Made by a program: the position numbers and the translations under genes | The notes under the pieces: model-generated | Told to the model about the DNA's origin: nothing | Databases searched by the model: none | Seen by the model: only the letters and a program-made list of their open reading frames with translations | Assembly: GCA_965222155.1 (NCBI GenBank) | Contig: CBDCTH010000012.1 | Location: forward strand, 3,392,001 to 3,456,000 | DNA from: Gammaproteobacteria bacterium | GTDB lineage: Bacteria > Pseudomonadota > Gammaproteobacteria > Eutrophobiales > Eutrophobiaceae | DNA length: 64,000 nucleotides | Direction: 5' to 3' | Shown here: in pieces, positions 28,946-41,017 of the stretch | Layout: every line of letters begins with the position of its first letter | Numbering within the stretch: the first letter of the stretch is position 1

Positions 28946-30235
28946 ATGAGCAAGTTCAATGAGATCGCGCTGGACCTGATGAAACGCACCGCAGCTTATG
29001 TCCCGGATTTTGATTTTGAGGGAGCAGTACCTGCGACGGCTGCAAAACCCTGGGGGAATTGGCTCAAGGCGGAACTGGGATTTCGTAATCACTGGTATCC
29101 GACAGAGGCCAGCCGCAACATCAGGGACGGTGAACATAAGGCGATCAAATTACTTGGGGAAGGCATCCTGTACCTGCGCCGGGCCGGACGCCTGTATGCG
29201 ATTGAAGACCGTTGCAGTCATCGCGGCACGCGTTTCTCCCAGCGACCTGTCTGTTATACGGACGATACCATCACCTGCTGGCATCATGCTTTTACCTTTA
29301 ACCTGGATGATGGCCGCATACGCTGTCTGTTGAACGATCCGGAATCGTCACTGGCCGGTCGCAAAGGGATAAAAAGTTACCCGGTGAGGGAGGAAAAAGG
29401 CGTGATCTTCACGTTTGTCGGCGATATGAATCCGCCACCGCCTTTAGAGCATGATGTACCCCCCGGTTTTTTTGATGAAGACGTGGCGATATGTGTGGCA
29501 GATCCGTACCTGGTGCAGGCAAACTGGCGCCTGGGTTCGGAAGGCGGTTATGACCCGGGTCATCATTACATCCACAACTGGTCGAAATTTTCCATCAATT
29601 CGCGTATACCCATGACCTTCGGCTGGGTATCGAAGAAGGAGGCCGTCCTGGAGACCAGCATTTATGAACTGATTAAGAACGGTCCGAAAGGGTTTACCCG
29701 GCTGGCGGCAGAAACCAATATGTCCATGACCGCAACAATACCCGGACGAAATGGCGAAGGTGATACGGACGTGATCCTGCCTATTGCCAAAGGCCAGTCA
29801 CCAAGAGAAATAGAGATACTGGGTCAGCATGCGTTTACCACTGAGGTCGGCGAGTGGTTGCCCTGTGGATTAAAGGTCGATCCGTGGCCGTTCCCGGGGG
29901 TGGTTCACAATGAATATTACGTCCCGCAGGACGCCAATTCCCATTATTATTTCCAGTGTGGCTGGAAACGAGTGGAAAATGAAGAAGAGGCGAAAGAATG
30001 GGTCGAAGGCGACCTGGGACAAGTGCGCTGGAAGGTCCCCGTAGTCGATGATTTTACCATTCAGGACGCCGAAGCCCGGGAACACATACATGAATTCTAT
30101 GCCAGTGAAGACGGCTGGAACCAGGAACAAACGGCCCGGTTTGATATTGAACTCCTGATGTGGCGCGTATTTGCCGGTGAGCATTGCCGCGGCATCCAGG
30201 AGGAAAGGCATACCAAGGGCCACTTCAAGAGATAA
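28946..30235 (+). CDS. Rieske oxygenase of the carbazole 1,9a-dioxygenase (CarAa) / 2-oxoquinoline 8-monooxygenase type
   Basis: A.LGFRNHWYP, DRCSHRG..FS..P.CYT..TITCWHH, NWRL..E.GYDPGHHYIH, WLPCGLKVDPWP, D..ARE. Confidence 0.88.
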   Translation: MSKFNEIALDLMKRTAAYVPDFDFEGAVPATAAKPWGNWLKAELGFRNHWYPTEASRNIRDGEHKAIKLLGEGILYLRRAGRLYAIEDRCSHRGTRFSQRPVCYTDDTITCWHHAFTFNLDDGRIRCLLNDPESSLAGRKGIKSYPVREEKGVIFTFVGDMNPPPPLEHDVPPGFFDEDVAICVADPYLVQANWRLGSEGGYDPGHHYIHNWSKFSINSRIPMTFGWVSKKEAVLETSIYELIKNGPKGFTRLAAETNMSMTATIPGRNGEGDTDVILPIAKGQSPREIEILGQHAFTTEVGEWLPCGLKVDPWPFPGVVHNEYYVPQDANSHYYFQCGWKRVENEEEAKEWVEGDLGQVRWKVPVVDDFTIQDAEAREHIHEFYASEDGWNQEQTARFDIELLMWRVFAGEHCRGIQEERHTKGHFKR

Positions 30236-30241
30236 TAATCA

Positions 30242-30877
30242 GTGATGAGCACGGTATTGCATATTGATTGCAGTGCTCGTACTGTCAATTCGGTCAGCCG
30301 CAGGTTATCTCAGGCAGTGGTTGATCAGCTCGTCAAGGTGGAGCCTTCAACTCAACTGATCCGGCGCGACCTGGGCGCTGCAGCGCCGGCGCCCGTTAAC
30401 CAGGTGGAAGCGGAAGCCTTTTTTACCCCACCCCCGGATAGAACCGGAGAACAGGTCAAAGCATTGGTTGATTCCGATACACTGACGGGTGAATTACTGC
30501 AGGCGGATACCGTGGTTCTGGGCACACCCATGTATAACTTCAATGTGCCGGCCAGTCTGAAATCCTGGATCGACTATGTGGTCAGGCCTGGAAAGACCTT
30601 TCGCCGAGTTGCCAATGGCAATCTCGAAGGTCTGTGCGGAGATAAAAAGGTCTATGTCTGCACGGCAAGCAGCGGTAAATCCAAAGGCACGGAAACGGAT
30701 CACCTGCGTCCCTACCTGGATGTGATTTTTGCCTTTATCGGGGTCACGGGAGTTGTTTATTTCGATGCGGAAGGCCTGGCCTGGGGAGAGCAGGAACGGG
30801 AAAGGTCAATCAACACGGCCGTTGAGAACATACAACACCATTTTGCAAAATACCGGCATTTTGTAGAAAATAGGTAA
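30242..30877 (+). CDS. azoR: FMN-dependent NADH azoreductase
   Basis: S.R...SVSR.L, PMYNF.VPA.LK.WID...R.G.TF. Confidence 0.88.
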   Translation: MMSTVLHIDCSARTVNSVSRRLSQAVVDQLVKVEPSTQLIRRDLGAAAPAPVNQVEAEAFFTPPPDRTGEQVKALVDSDTLTGELLQADTVVLGTPMYNFNVPASLKSWIDYVVRPGKTFRRVANGNLEGLCGDKKVYVCTASSGKSKGTETDHLRPYLDVIFAFIGVTGVVYFDAEGLAWGEQERERSINTAVENIQHHFAKYRHFVENR

Positions 30878-30881
30878 AACC

Positions 30882-31063
30882 GTTATTCCAGCTTCCACGA
30901 TGACGTCATTCCGGGCCTGACCCGGTATAACAAAGCCGGGCGTCGTCATTCCGGGCTTGACCCGGAATCCAGTAGGATAAAGAGCCGCCCCCGGCTTACG
31001 ACATGCCGGGGCAGGCTCCGGCGGAACATTGTTTAACAGGATTCCAGCCTGTGCTGGAATGAC
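30882..31063. repeat. Cluster of GTCATTCCGG..CCGGAATCC REP-like hairpins
   Basis: Direct and inverted copies; contains a GCCTGCCCC unit at 30989-31016. Confidence 0.8.
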
Positions 31064-31141
31064 GGATGGTTTAACCGGCAAAACAATATTGTCGGACTGA
31101 AATGCAGGTTTACAACATTCTCTGACAGGAGGAGAGACGGC

Positions 31142-32053
31142 ATGTCGAAAATCAAAGGTCTTGGTTATATCGGCTGTGAAGTCACCGACTTTGATGCCTG
31201 GGACAGTTTGCTGGATACCGTGTATGGGCTGGAGCGGCGCGGGAACAGTGGTAAATCAGTCCGGCAATACCGGATGGATGATAATCACCACAGACTGGCG
31301 CTGCACAAATCGAATAATAATAAATTGAAATACATCGGCTGGGAGGTGGAATTTCAGGGAGACCTGGATAACCTGGCTGCTGAACTGAGTGATAAGGGAA
31401 TAGAGGTACAAGCCGGCAGCGCGGCATTGCGCGAGCAGCGTTCCGTGTTGGATTTGTTTGTCATTAGCGGCCCGGACGATATTCGCCTGGAGATCTTCTT
31501 CGGCCCGGTGCAGGACTTTAGACCGTTTACGCCCAGGCGAGACATGGAAGGTTACAACACCGGTGACCTGGGCATGGGACATATTGTCTTAGCCACGGCC
31601 GACAGGTTGGCTTCGGTTAAGTGGTATGAAGATAACCTCGGCTTTCGCCTGAGCGATCATATTTTCTGGGATGATATCCAGGCGACGTTCCTGCATTGTA
31701 ACCCGCGCCACCATAGCCTGGCATTCATGAACCCCGTCGGCGACATGAAACCCGGCGACCTGGGTCATTTCATGTTTGAAAGTCTGTCGCTCAATGATGT
31801 GGGCCGCGCCTATGATATCGTCAATGAAAACAAGGTCCCGTTAGCCTTGACGCTGGGACGGCATACCAATGACCATATGATGTCGTTTTATATATATTCA
31901 CCCTCCGGCTGGTGGGTCGAGTACGGCCACGGTGCGCGTTTGATAGACGATGCGGACTGGGAACCGAAATTGTACAATTCCCCGAAGATCTGGGGGCACG
32001 AGATGCTGCCTCCTCCAGGAGAACTATCCCCTGGGGAACAGCACAAACGATAA
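31142..32053 (+). CDS. Type I extradiol dioxygenase (BphC/HsaC-like)
   Basis: LGYIG, GMGHIVL, FLHCNPRHHSLA, H.M.E, LGRHTND.M.SFY..SPSG..VEYG. Confidence 0.95.
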   Translation: MSKIKGLGYIGCEVTDFDAWDSLLDTVYGLERRGNSGKSVRQYRMDDNHHRLALHKSNNNKLKYIGWEVEFQGDLDNLAAELSDKGIEVQAGSAALREQRSVLDLFVISGPDDIRLEIFFGPVQDFRPFTPRRDMEGYNTGDLGMGHIVLATADRLASVKWYEDNLGFRLSDHIFWDDIQATFLHCNPRHHSLAFMNPVGDMKPGDLGHFMFESLSLNDVGRAYDIVNENKVPLALTLGRHTNDHMMSFYIYSPSGWWVEYGHGARLIDDADWEPKLYNSPKIWGHEMLPPPGELSPGEQHKR

Positions 32054-32060
32054 AAGAATA

Positions 32061-33229
<1,169 letters not shown>

Positions 33230-33297
33230 GTTGGATTAAGACATAGGCCGGAACGTCGGCCATTCCTTATAAGGATAATCCAACACAGGAGAGAACA

Positions 33298-34164
33298 ATG
33301 ACAAGTATCTGGAACCACCTCCAAGGAGTGGATTTTAAACAAACCTATTACAACGCCGGCGGCGTCAAAACCCGCGCCATCGAAGCGGGTGACGGGCCAC
33401 CGTTAATATTGCTGCACGGCACCGGCGGCCACGCAGAAGCCTACCTGAAAAATATCGAGGCCCACGCAAAGCATTTCCACGTTTATGTCATCGATATGGT
33501 GGGTCACGGTTATACCGATGCCCCGGATATCAGCTACGACATGCAATGCTACGTGGACTTTATGAAAGACTTCGTCGATGCTATCGGCGCGGATAAAGCC
33601 CATATATCCGGGGAGTCGCTGGGTGCAACGGTCGCTTCCTGGTTCGCTCTGCAACACCCGGACCGGGTTGGCAAGATCGTCATGAACACCGGCATGATGC
33701 TGCCGCCGGAGGAGGAAGGCGCAGAGGAATTAAAGGATTTGCTGGAACGCAGCCGCAAAGCCACCGGTTCCCCGGATCGGAATGCGCTCCGGCAACGTAT
33801 TCGCTGGCTGATGCACCGGGATGAGGACGTTACTGATGAGATCGTCGAGGTACGCTACCGAATCTATCAGCAACCGGGCCGCGCGGCGGTGATCAGAAAA
33901 ATTGCGGAACAGAGCATAGGCGCCCTGCTGGACCCGGTCGAGCAGGAAAAATGGTACAAACCGGAATTGCTGCAACAGTTGACCTGCCCCACCCTGGTGT
34001 TATGGACTCGCTACAATCCGGGACAACTGGTACCCCTGGCGGAGCAGGGCGCCGCATTGATACCCGACAGCGAACTGGTGATACTGGAAAATTCCGCCCA
34101 CTGGCCCCAATGGGAGGAACCTGAAGAGTTCAACAAGGCACATATCGAGTATTTGCTTAAATAA
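33298..34164 (+). CDS. Alpha/beta hydrolase, meta-cleavage product hydrolase-like
   Basis: LHGTGGHAEAY, GESLG nucleophile and HWPQWE. Confidence 0.88.
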   Translation: MTSIWNHLQGVDFKQTYYNAGGVKTRAIEAGDGPPLILLHGTGGHAEAYLKNIEAHAKHFHVYVIDMVGHGYTDAPDISYDMQCYVDFMKDFVDAIGADKAHISGESLGATVASWFALQHPDRVGKIVMNTGMMLPPEEEGAEELKDLLERSRKATGSPDRNALRQRIRWLMHRDEDVTDEIVEVRYRIYQQPGRAAVIRKIAEQSIGALLDPVEQEKWYKPELLQQLTCPTLVLWTRYNPGQLVPLAEQGAALIPDSELVILENSAHWPQWEEPEEFNKAHIEYLLK

Positions 34165-34411
34165 CACGTTAGTATATTTTTTGAAAACTGACATGAGTGA
34201 AATAACCCGAACGTTGTTGGAAGAAACCCAGGACTACGTGAAACAGGCCAAGGCCAAGGAGGCCCAGGCCAAAAAACCCTGGCAGGTCTGGCTTGACGCG
34301 GAGTGGTGGTTCCCTGATTACTGGTACCCGGCGGCGCTATGCCGACGTATTGCCTCTGCAAGAGGTTATGGCGTATATTGAGAACTTGATTTGATTTCAT
34401 GGTGCGGACCT

Positions 34412-34834
34412 ATGACTGATAGCAAAGCAAAAGTACTGAAAGGCAAGGCCACTCCCCGAGGCAAATATCCCCATGCCAGGCGCGCGGGTGATTACATCTT
34501 CATTTCCGGCACCAGTGCAAGACAGGCCGATAATACCATCATCGGCGCAGAAGCGGCGGATGAAATGGGCACGTCGAACCTGGATATCCGGGTACAAACC
34601 CGGGAGGTACTGAAAAATATCGCCGACATACTGGCCAGTTTTGACGCCACGCTGGCAGATCTCACCGAAATAACGGCTTTTATGGTCAACATGAATGATT
34701 TTGCCGGGTATAATGAGGTCTACGGGGAGGTGTTCGACTATGACGGTCCGGCCCGTACCACGGTAGCCGTCCACCAGTTGCCGCACCCGCAGTTAGCGAT
34801 AGAAATAAAGGCCATAGCCTACAAGCCCGAGTAA
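34412..34834 (+). CDS. amnD: 2-aminomuconate deaminase (RidA family)
   Basis: GKA.PRG.YPH, SGTS.R..DN, LDIR.QT and [12 protein letters not shown]; next to amnBA. Confidence 0.8.
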   Translation: MTDSKAKVLKGKATPRGKYPHARRAGDYIFISGTSARQADNTIIGAEAADEMGTSNLDIRVQTREVLKNIADILASFDATLADLTEITAFMVNMNDFAGYNEVYGEVFDYDGPARTTVAVHQLPHPQLAIEIKAIAYKPE

Positions 34835-34850
34835 TCTCACAAGGCCATGA

Positions 34851-35771
<921 letters not shown>

Positions 35772-35783
35772 GTGATACACTAC

Positions 35784-35960
35784 CGTCATTTCGGCGAATG
35801 CTGCGTGGTTGATATGTATTCGTCATTCCAGCGAATGCTATCGTCATTCCGGCGAATGCTATCGTCATTCCGGCGAATGCCGGAATCCAGTCAAAAAAAT
35901 CATTCCTTGTTTATGAGGGAATAAATTGTTCACTGGATTCCGGCATTCGCCGGAATGACG
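35784..35960. repeat. REP-like element with 21-bp tandem expansion (CGTCATTCCGGCGAATGCTAT) and inverted copy
   Basis: Tandem units at 35821-35890; inverted arm at 35931-35960. Confidence 0.85.
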
Positions 35961-36027
35961 GAAGGTGAATCAGGTAATACTCAAAAACAATATTGATGGA
36001 CTACTACAACAGATAGGTGAAAAATAA

Positions 36028-36840
36028 ATGAGCGTCGTATCCGCTTTTCTGGTGCCCGGCTCCCCCTTGCCCTACGTACAGCGGGATAATCCGCCCTGGG
36101 GTGAAATTGCCGACGCCATGGAAACGGCCGGTAAGGCCCTGGCAGCCTCCGACCCGGACCTGATCGTCATCTATTCCACCCAGTGGATCGCGGTACTGGA
36201 CCAGCTCTGGCAGACTCGTGCTGACCTGCAAGGCTTGCATGTGGATGAGAACTGGCACGAGTATGGAGACCTGCCTTTCGACATGAAGATCGACGTGGAA
36301 TTTGCCGAACTGGCCCTGGAAAAGACCGCCGCAGCGGGCATCAAGGCCAAAGGCGTGGATTATGATCACTTCCCTGTGGACACCGGCGCCATCGTAGCAT
36401 CCAATTTCCTGAACCCGGATGGGAGCATACCCCTGGCCATCACTTCCAATAACGTCTATCACGACTGGCAGATGACGGAATCACTGGGCCGGGTCGCCGC
36501 TGAGTCTGCGGCTGAACTGGGCCGGAAACTGGCCGTCATCGGCGTAGGCGGCCTGTCCGGTTCCATTTACCGGCACGTAATCGACATCCGCGACGACAAA
36601 ATCACCGACCCCGCGGAGGATGAATGGAACAGGAAGATCCTGTCATTGATGGAGCAGGGTGACACGGAGACCTTGTTACAGACCTGCCACGACTATGCCG
36701 CCGCGGCCCGGGTGGACATGGGCTTCAAGCACTTCGCCTTCATCATGGGCGCCACCGGCAATCACTTCAACAGTGCCACAGTCCACGCCTACGGCCCCCT
36801 GTACGGCAGCGGCGCGGCGGTTATCGAATTCGATTTGTAA
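36028..36840 (+). CDS. amnA: 2-aminophenol 1,6-dioxygenase alpha subunit
   Basis: VVSAFLVPG.PLP, YSTQW.AVLDQ.W, HVDENW, FP.DTG and YGPLYGSGAAV. Confidence 0.92.
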   Translation: MSVVSAFLVPGSPLPYVQRDNPPWGEIADAMETAGKALAASDPDLIVIYSTQWIAVLDQLWQTRADLQGLHVDENWHEYGDLPFDMKIDVEFAELALEKTAAAGIKAKGVDYDHFPVDTGAIVASNFLNPDGSIPLAITSNNVYHDWQMTESLGRVAAESAAELGRKLAVIGVGGLSGSIYRHVIDIRDDKITDPAEDEWNRKILSLMEQGDTETLLQTCHDYAAAARVDMGFKHFAFIMGATGNHFNSATVHAYGPLYGSGAAVIEFDL

Positions 36841-36860
36841 ATCAGGAAATCAAATAGTTA

Positions 36861-36932
36861 AATCAGGGGTCGGACCTGCATAACCGCATATAACTATTTG
36901 TTTTTTTCAGATTAATATATCGATGGATGAGC
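36861..36932. repeat. Partial (left-end) copy of the 281-bp element
   Basis: AATCAGGGGTCGGACCTGCATAACCG...GATGGATGAGC matches 39814 and 40703. Confidence 0.85.
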
Positions 36933-36963
36933 CTTAACCCATAATATCATCCATCGATTCTCT

Positions 36964-37078
36964 AATCGACAATCTGCCGACCTTCAAAACGGCAATTAGA
37001 CGAAGTTAAAACCGACAATTAGTCGCTTTACTAACCGACAATTAGTCGCTATACTAACCGGCAAATGGCCGCTTACAA
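36964..37078 (+). repeat. Five tandem 23-bp imperfect repeats with internal dyad
   Basis: Consensus AACCGACAATTAGTCGCTTTACT, period 23, running into the start of the ATPase gene. Confidence 0.85.
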
Positions 37079-38312
37079 TTTCATGCTTCCTCGCTCGCTG
37101 GCACCCGTTATTCGTGAGGCGATGACGGATACCCCGGTGATTTGCCTGCTGGGTCCGCGGCAGAGTGGGAAGACTACCCTCGTCCGACAACTGGAACCTG
37201 AACGTGCGTATGTCAGTCTGGATGATAACAACTATTACCAGACTGCCACCTCAGACCCAGTCGAGTTCATTGCGAGCCTGCCGGATGTTGTCACTCTGGA
37301 TGAAGTGCAGCGGGCGCCAATGTTGCTTCCTGCCATCAAGCGAGCCGTTGATGAAGACCGCCGTCACGGTCGTTTCCTGCTTACCGGATCAGCCAACCTG
37401 CTACTGCTGCCGAAAGTGACCGAATCCTTGGCAGGACGCATGGAAATTATACAGTTACAGCCTTTGACAGAAGCGGAAAAAATGCGTCAGTCCGGTTCTT
37501 TCCTGAAGATACTGATGGATGGGGCTTTTAATTCTGCCATCCAACCCGGACGTCAAACGGGAGGACTGACATTGGCGGAGCGGCTGGTAACTGGTGGGTA
37601 TCCCGAACCGCTGACACGTTCACCATCCCGTGCCAGGCAATGGCGTAGACAATACATGCATACCATCATTGAACGGGACGTACATGATGTGGCCCGGGTC
37701 AAAGACAGTCGCGAATTATCCCGCGTGTTGGAATTATTGGCCGTTCGCAGCGCGCAACTGTTCAACGCCAGTAACCTGGCGAACAACCTTGGTTTACATA
37801 GAGAGACCGTAGATCATTATGTCAGTGTGTTGGAGCGGCTATTTCTCATACGCCGTTTGCCCGCTTGGCATCGTAACACCGGCAAACGACTCATCAAGTC
37901 CCCGAAAGTCCATCTGATCGATAGTGGACTCGCCGCTACCCTTTCCGATCTCAACGCGGATGACTGGCTCGCTAAGAGGGAGAGGATGGGACACCTCCTT
38001 GAGTCTTTCGTAGTTCAGCAGCTTATAGCCCAGGCTGCATGGACTGATCCAGATCTCAGGTTCTGGCACTATCGTGACAAGGATCAAGTGGAAGTAGACG
38101 TAGTTATTACCCGTGGTCCGAAGACCTGGGGAGTTGAAGTTAAAGCGGCCGCTACCCTGACGCCGAGAGATGGAATAGGACTCGCCAGACTCGCTGACTT
38201 ATGTGGTAAAGACTTTGAAGGCGGTGTCCTGCTTTATACCGGACAGGATATATTACCAATGAGAAACAAACGCATGCTTGCCATACCGATCAGCGAACTT
38301 TGGAATCAATAG
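37065..38312 (+). CDS. AAA ATPase with DUF4143 / PD-(D/E)XK C-terminus
   Basis: GPRQSGKTT, LDEVQ, LTGSA, GGYP, K.PK....DSG and YRD....EVD...VEVK. Confidence 0.92.
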   Translation: MAAYNFMLPRSLAPVIREAMTDTPVICLLGPRQSGKTTLVRQLEPERAYVSLDDNNYYQTATSDPVEFIASLPDVVTLDEVQRAPMLLPAIKRAVDEDRRHGRFLLTGSANLLLLPKVTESLAGRMEIIQLQPLTEAEKMRQSGSFLKILMDGAFNSAIQPGRQTGGLTLAERLVTGGYPEPLTRSPSRARQWRRQYMHTIIERDVHDVARVKDSRELSRVLELLAVRSAQLFNASNLANNLGLHRETVDHYVSVLERLFLIRRLPAWHRNTGKRLIKSPKVHLIDSGLAATLSDLNADDWLAKRERMGHLLESFVVQQLIAQAAWTDPDLRFWHYRDKDQVEVDVVITRGPKTWGVEVKAAATLTPRDGIGLARLADLCGKDFEGGVLLYTGQDILPMRNKRMLAIPISELWNQ

Positions 38313-38368
38313 ACAGATATCTTGCAGAAAAAACTATACATAAGGCTTGAGAAATTCGATTATTTTTT

Positions 38369-39137
38369 CCCGACTTCGACGGTTTATTTCTCTAAGTGAT
38401 TGATTTTTTTGAAAACGAGTTGACCCGTAGGCACTACAAATGCCGGGGATTGAATAGCGGATGGCAGACCGGGCTTATTTGAGTTCGTACGGCGTGCTTG
38501 AGTGGGTTAATCCCATCACTTTGTAGAGTTGTCTGCCCACCTCACTGATAGCAGAAGGGAGCACATAGCGGCGCTTTGTCTGTTGGTGTTCCAGCACGCT
38601 GTGCTGGCTATGCGTTAGCGCAGTGCAAATGACGTCGGGGGAGACCGGTTTGGCTTGCAGGGACATCCGGTATTGCAGGTGCCGGACACACAGCAGGGTC
38701 ATGAAGGCCATAGCGAGGTGGGCGCGGATGCGTCTGTGGGTCCAGTGGTAGATGGGTCGCACCTTGAGGTCGTGTTTACTCACCCGGAAGGTGTCCTCGA
38801 CCTGCCACAGGCCGCGATACTGGCTCATGGGGGTGTCGGTGGCCGCCGGCAGGTTGGTGATGACCCCGTGCAGGCCGTCCCAGCGCGCGGCGTCGGTCAC
38901 CTTGTCCTGATTGACGCTCAAGGTGGTCTCGCCGTCCACCTGCAGGTACTTCTTATAGCCGTAGTTGTTCAACAGGTCTTTGGGGTTGTTGCTGTTAGCC
39001 AGTTTCTTGCGCAGTGTGCGGATAGGCTGCTCGCGGTCGCGGCGGTCTTTTTCGGCCCGCACCGGGGCGTAGCTGACCACCAGCCGGCGGGATTGGTACG
39101 GCAGGGACAGCACGCGCGTCCCGTCCGCATCCTGCAG
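38369..39137 (-). mobile_element. IS1634-like transposase remnant (3' part plus probable end)
   Basis: WDGLHGVITN, Y..LWQVE..FR..K.DL..RPIYHW...RI.AH; N-terminal region missing; CCCGACTTCGAC at 38369 is a candidate end. Confidence 0.8.
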
Positions 39138-39193
39138 GGATTGATTCGGTATAGAGAAAAAGGAAACCTGTCTTATCTCCCGTCATTCCTGCA

Positions 39194-39412
39194 TCACTCA
39201 AATAATGAACGAGGTAACCCCGATTGCCGGATAATGGACATTAGTGTTCCGATACGCAGTTCTTTATGATCCGGTACAGGAACAGTCACCGTACTGTTTG
39301 ATATGACTTTTTGCATTACCACGTGACTACTTCGTCTTCTGATTTCTACGAATCCCTGACTGGTGAGTATTCGACAAACTTCATTTCCTGACAGGACTTT
39401 CAGTTTAGCCAA
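39194..39412 (-). CDS. hicA: HicA-family toxin
   Basis: LSG.EV..IL...GF, SH, VPVPDH.EL..GTL.SIIRQSG; usual GSH reads SSH. Confidence 0.85.
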   Translation of the reverse strand: MAKLKVLSGNEVCRILTSQGFVEIRRRSSHVVMQKVISNSTVTVPVPDHKELRIGTLMSIIRQSGLPRSLFE

Positions 39413-39626
39413 CAGCAACCTCAACGTATGTCACGTACACTTCATTGTGTAATCGCTGCTGAATTTCCGATGTTGACGCAGTTTCGAAAAACAGTTCTAA
39501 AGCTTCCTTGAGATTGACTCGCGCCTCATTTACTGTTGCCCCCTGACTTGCAACGTCTACCTCGGGACAGAGTGCAACGTAGCCGTTATCTTCACGTTCA
39601 ATAATTGCTGTTAATTGTCTGGTCAT
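39405..39626 (-). CDS. hicB: Short HicB-family antitoxin
   Basis: YVALCPE.DVASQG.TV.EA..NLKEALELF. Confidence 0.88.
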   Translation of the reverse strand: MTRQLTAIIEREDNGYVALCPEVDVASQGATVNEARVNLKEALELFFETASTSEIQQRLHNEVYVTYVEVAVG

Positions 39627-39811
39627 TTCAATCTCCCATTTGCAACCATATTCTCATATTGGCTGCTTGAATGGTAACAATATCTGACCCTGTTACCAGT
39701 GTCCGCAATAGCGGCCTGAAACAATGTTTGTCAAAATAGTGTGATATTAAACTCTCTGCCCAGATTCCAGGGCGGAATCAGGGGTCGGACCTGAATCAGG
39801 TAATCCAGGGC

Positions 39812-40092
39812 GGAATCAGGGGTCGGACCTGCATAACCGTATATAACTACTTGTTTTTTCAGATTAATATATCGATGGATGAGCTTTTTTCAGCTTTAGC
39901 AGACGTTTTTTTATTACGCAAACTGACATCGTGAGAAATATTACTTGTCAGCGTCTATTATTGCCTATCTTAGCCTGCTTATTTTCTCTGCCAAAAACGT
40001 CTTCTGAAGCTGAAATAACAGGTCATATTCAGTCGTTTACTAAGCATAATCAAAGGGTTATATTGGATTATATTGGTCCGACCCAGCTAACA
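39812..40092. repeat. 281-bp structured repeat, copy A
   Basis: Near-identical to 40701-40981; terminal IR GGGTCGGACC/GGTCCGACCC; left end duplicated at 39766-39793. Confidence 0.92.
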
Positions 40093-40119
40093 ACTGTCCG
40101 GGGCAGCACTTGTCAGTGA

Positions 40120-40410
40120 CCACCCCTCTCCCTCCAATAAAAAGGTTTTCTCCGATCATGGGCTACGGCAATAATCAGAATATGATCGTTTTCGTGTGTA
40201 AATTATTGAATAGGGAAAGCGTGAAACCAGACTGCGACGGAAATTCGCTTGGATAGTTTGCCCAATTTCAGGATGCGCTCGAATCCGATCAATCGAACGC
40301 TGAATATCGTCAAGATAATTCATCCCAAGACCGGGGCATTGTTCTTCATAGAACAGCGCTGCTTCGGTCATCTCTACTTCCGCAGGAAGTAGATACCGGT
40401 AGTCGGTCAC
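40120..40410 (-). pseudogene. RelE/ParE toxin, frameshifted near 40195
   Basis: A..FYE....GLG...RFPYSIIY; expected tail ILIIAVAHDRRKPFYW lies in another frame. Confidence 0.8.
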
Positions 40411-40637
40411 TTAATGCGTAGATGCGCCCGTCGCATTGCTTCGTCCCCCGGAACCACTTTGATTTTACCCTCCTGGTAAGCTTCGTAACGACGTTCCACT
40501 TCCTCAACCCATAATTTTTCCGAAGCTTTGTCATCCATATCATCCAAATCTTCAATCAAAGAGCGGATCAGGTACGCTTTTTCTTTCATGCTCAAGGAGT
40601 GAATTTCCTTTTCCAGTCTGTCAATATCAGTAGCCAT
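40407..40637 (-). CDS. Addiction-module antitoxin
   Basis: L...EKA.LI..L..., W.EEVERR......G.....PG.E. Confidence 0.88.
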   Translation of the reverse strand: MATDIDRLEKEIHSLSMKEKAYLIRSLIEDLDDMDDKASEKLWVEEVERRYEAYQEGKIKVVPGDEAMRRAHLRIK

Positions 40638-40700
40638 AACCTGATTATACCAGTTTCTGTAGCAAAATATTTTTGAACCGGTACATGATAAGCTTGGAAT

Positions 40701-40981
40701 GGAATCAGGGGTCGGACCTGCATAACCGTATATAACTACTTGTTTTTTCAGATTAATATATCGATGGATGAGCTTTTTTCAGCTTTAGCAGACGTTTTTT
40801 TATTACGCAAACTGACATCGTGAGAAATATCACTTGTCAGCGTCTATTATTGCCTATCTTAGCCTGCTTATTTTCTCTGCCAAAAACGTCTTCTGAAGCT
40901 GAAATAACAGGTCATATTCAGTCGTTTACTAAGCATAATCAAAGGGTTATATTGGATTATATTGGTCCGACCCAGCTAACA
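40701..40981. repeat. 281-bp structured repeat, copy B
   Basis: One visible mismatch vs copy A (AAATATCAC vs AAATATTAC). Confidence 0.92.
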
Positions 40982-41017
40982 GCCTTTACGTATTGGAGTA
41001 TCCCCTGTGTTTATCGA

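Noticed and set aside
34181-34381. 66-aa Trp-rich ORF between the hydrolase and amnD
   Set aside because: No recognisable family or clear RBS; may be a gene fragment, not supportable
35821-35890. CRISPR array
   Set aside because: 21-bp units are contiguous slippage copies of a REP arm
36964-37078. CRISPR array
   Set aside because: Units abut with no unique spacers, and no cas genes are in the window
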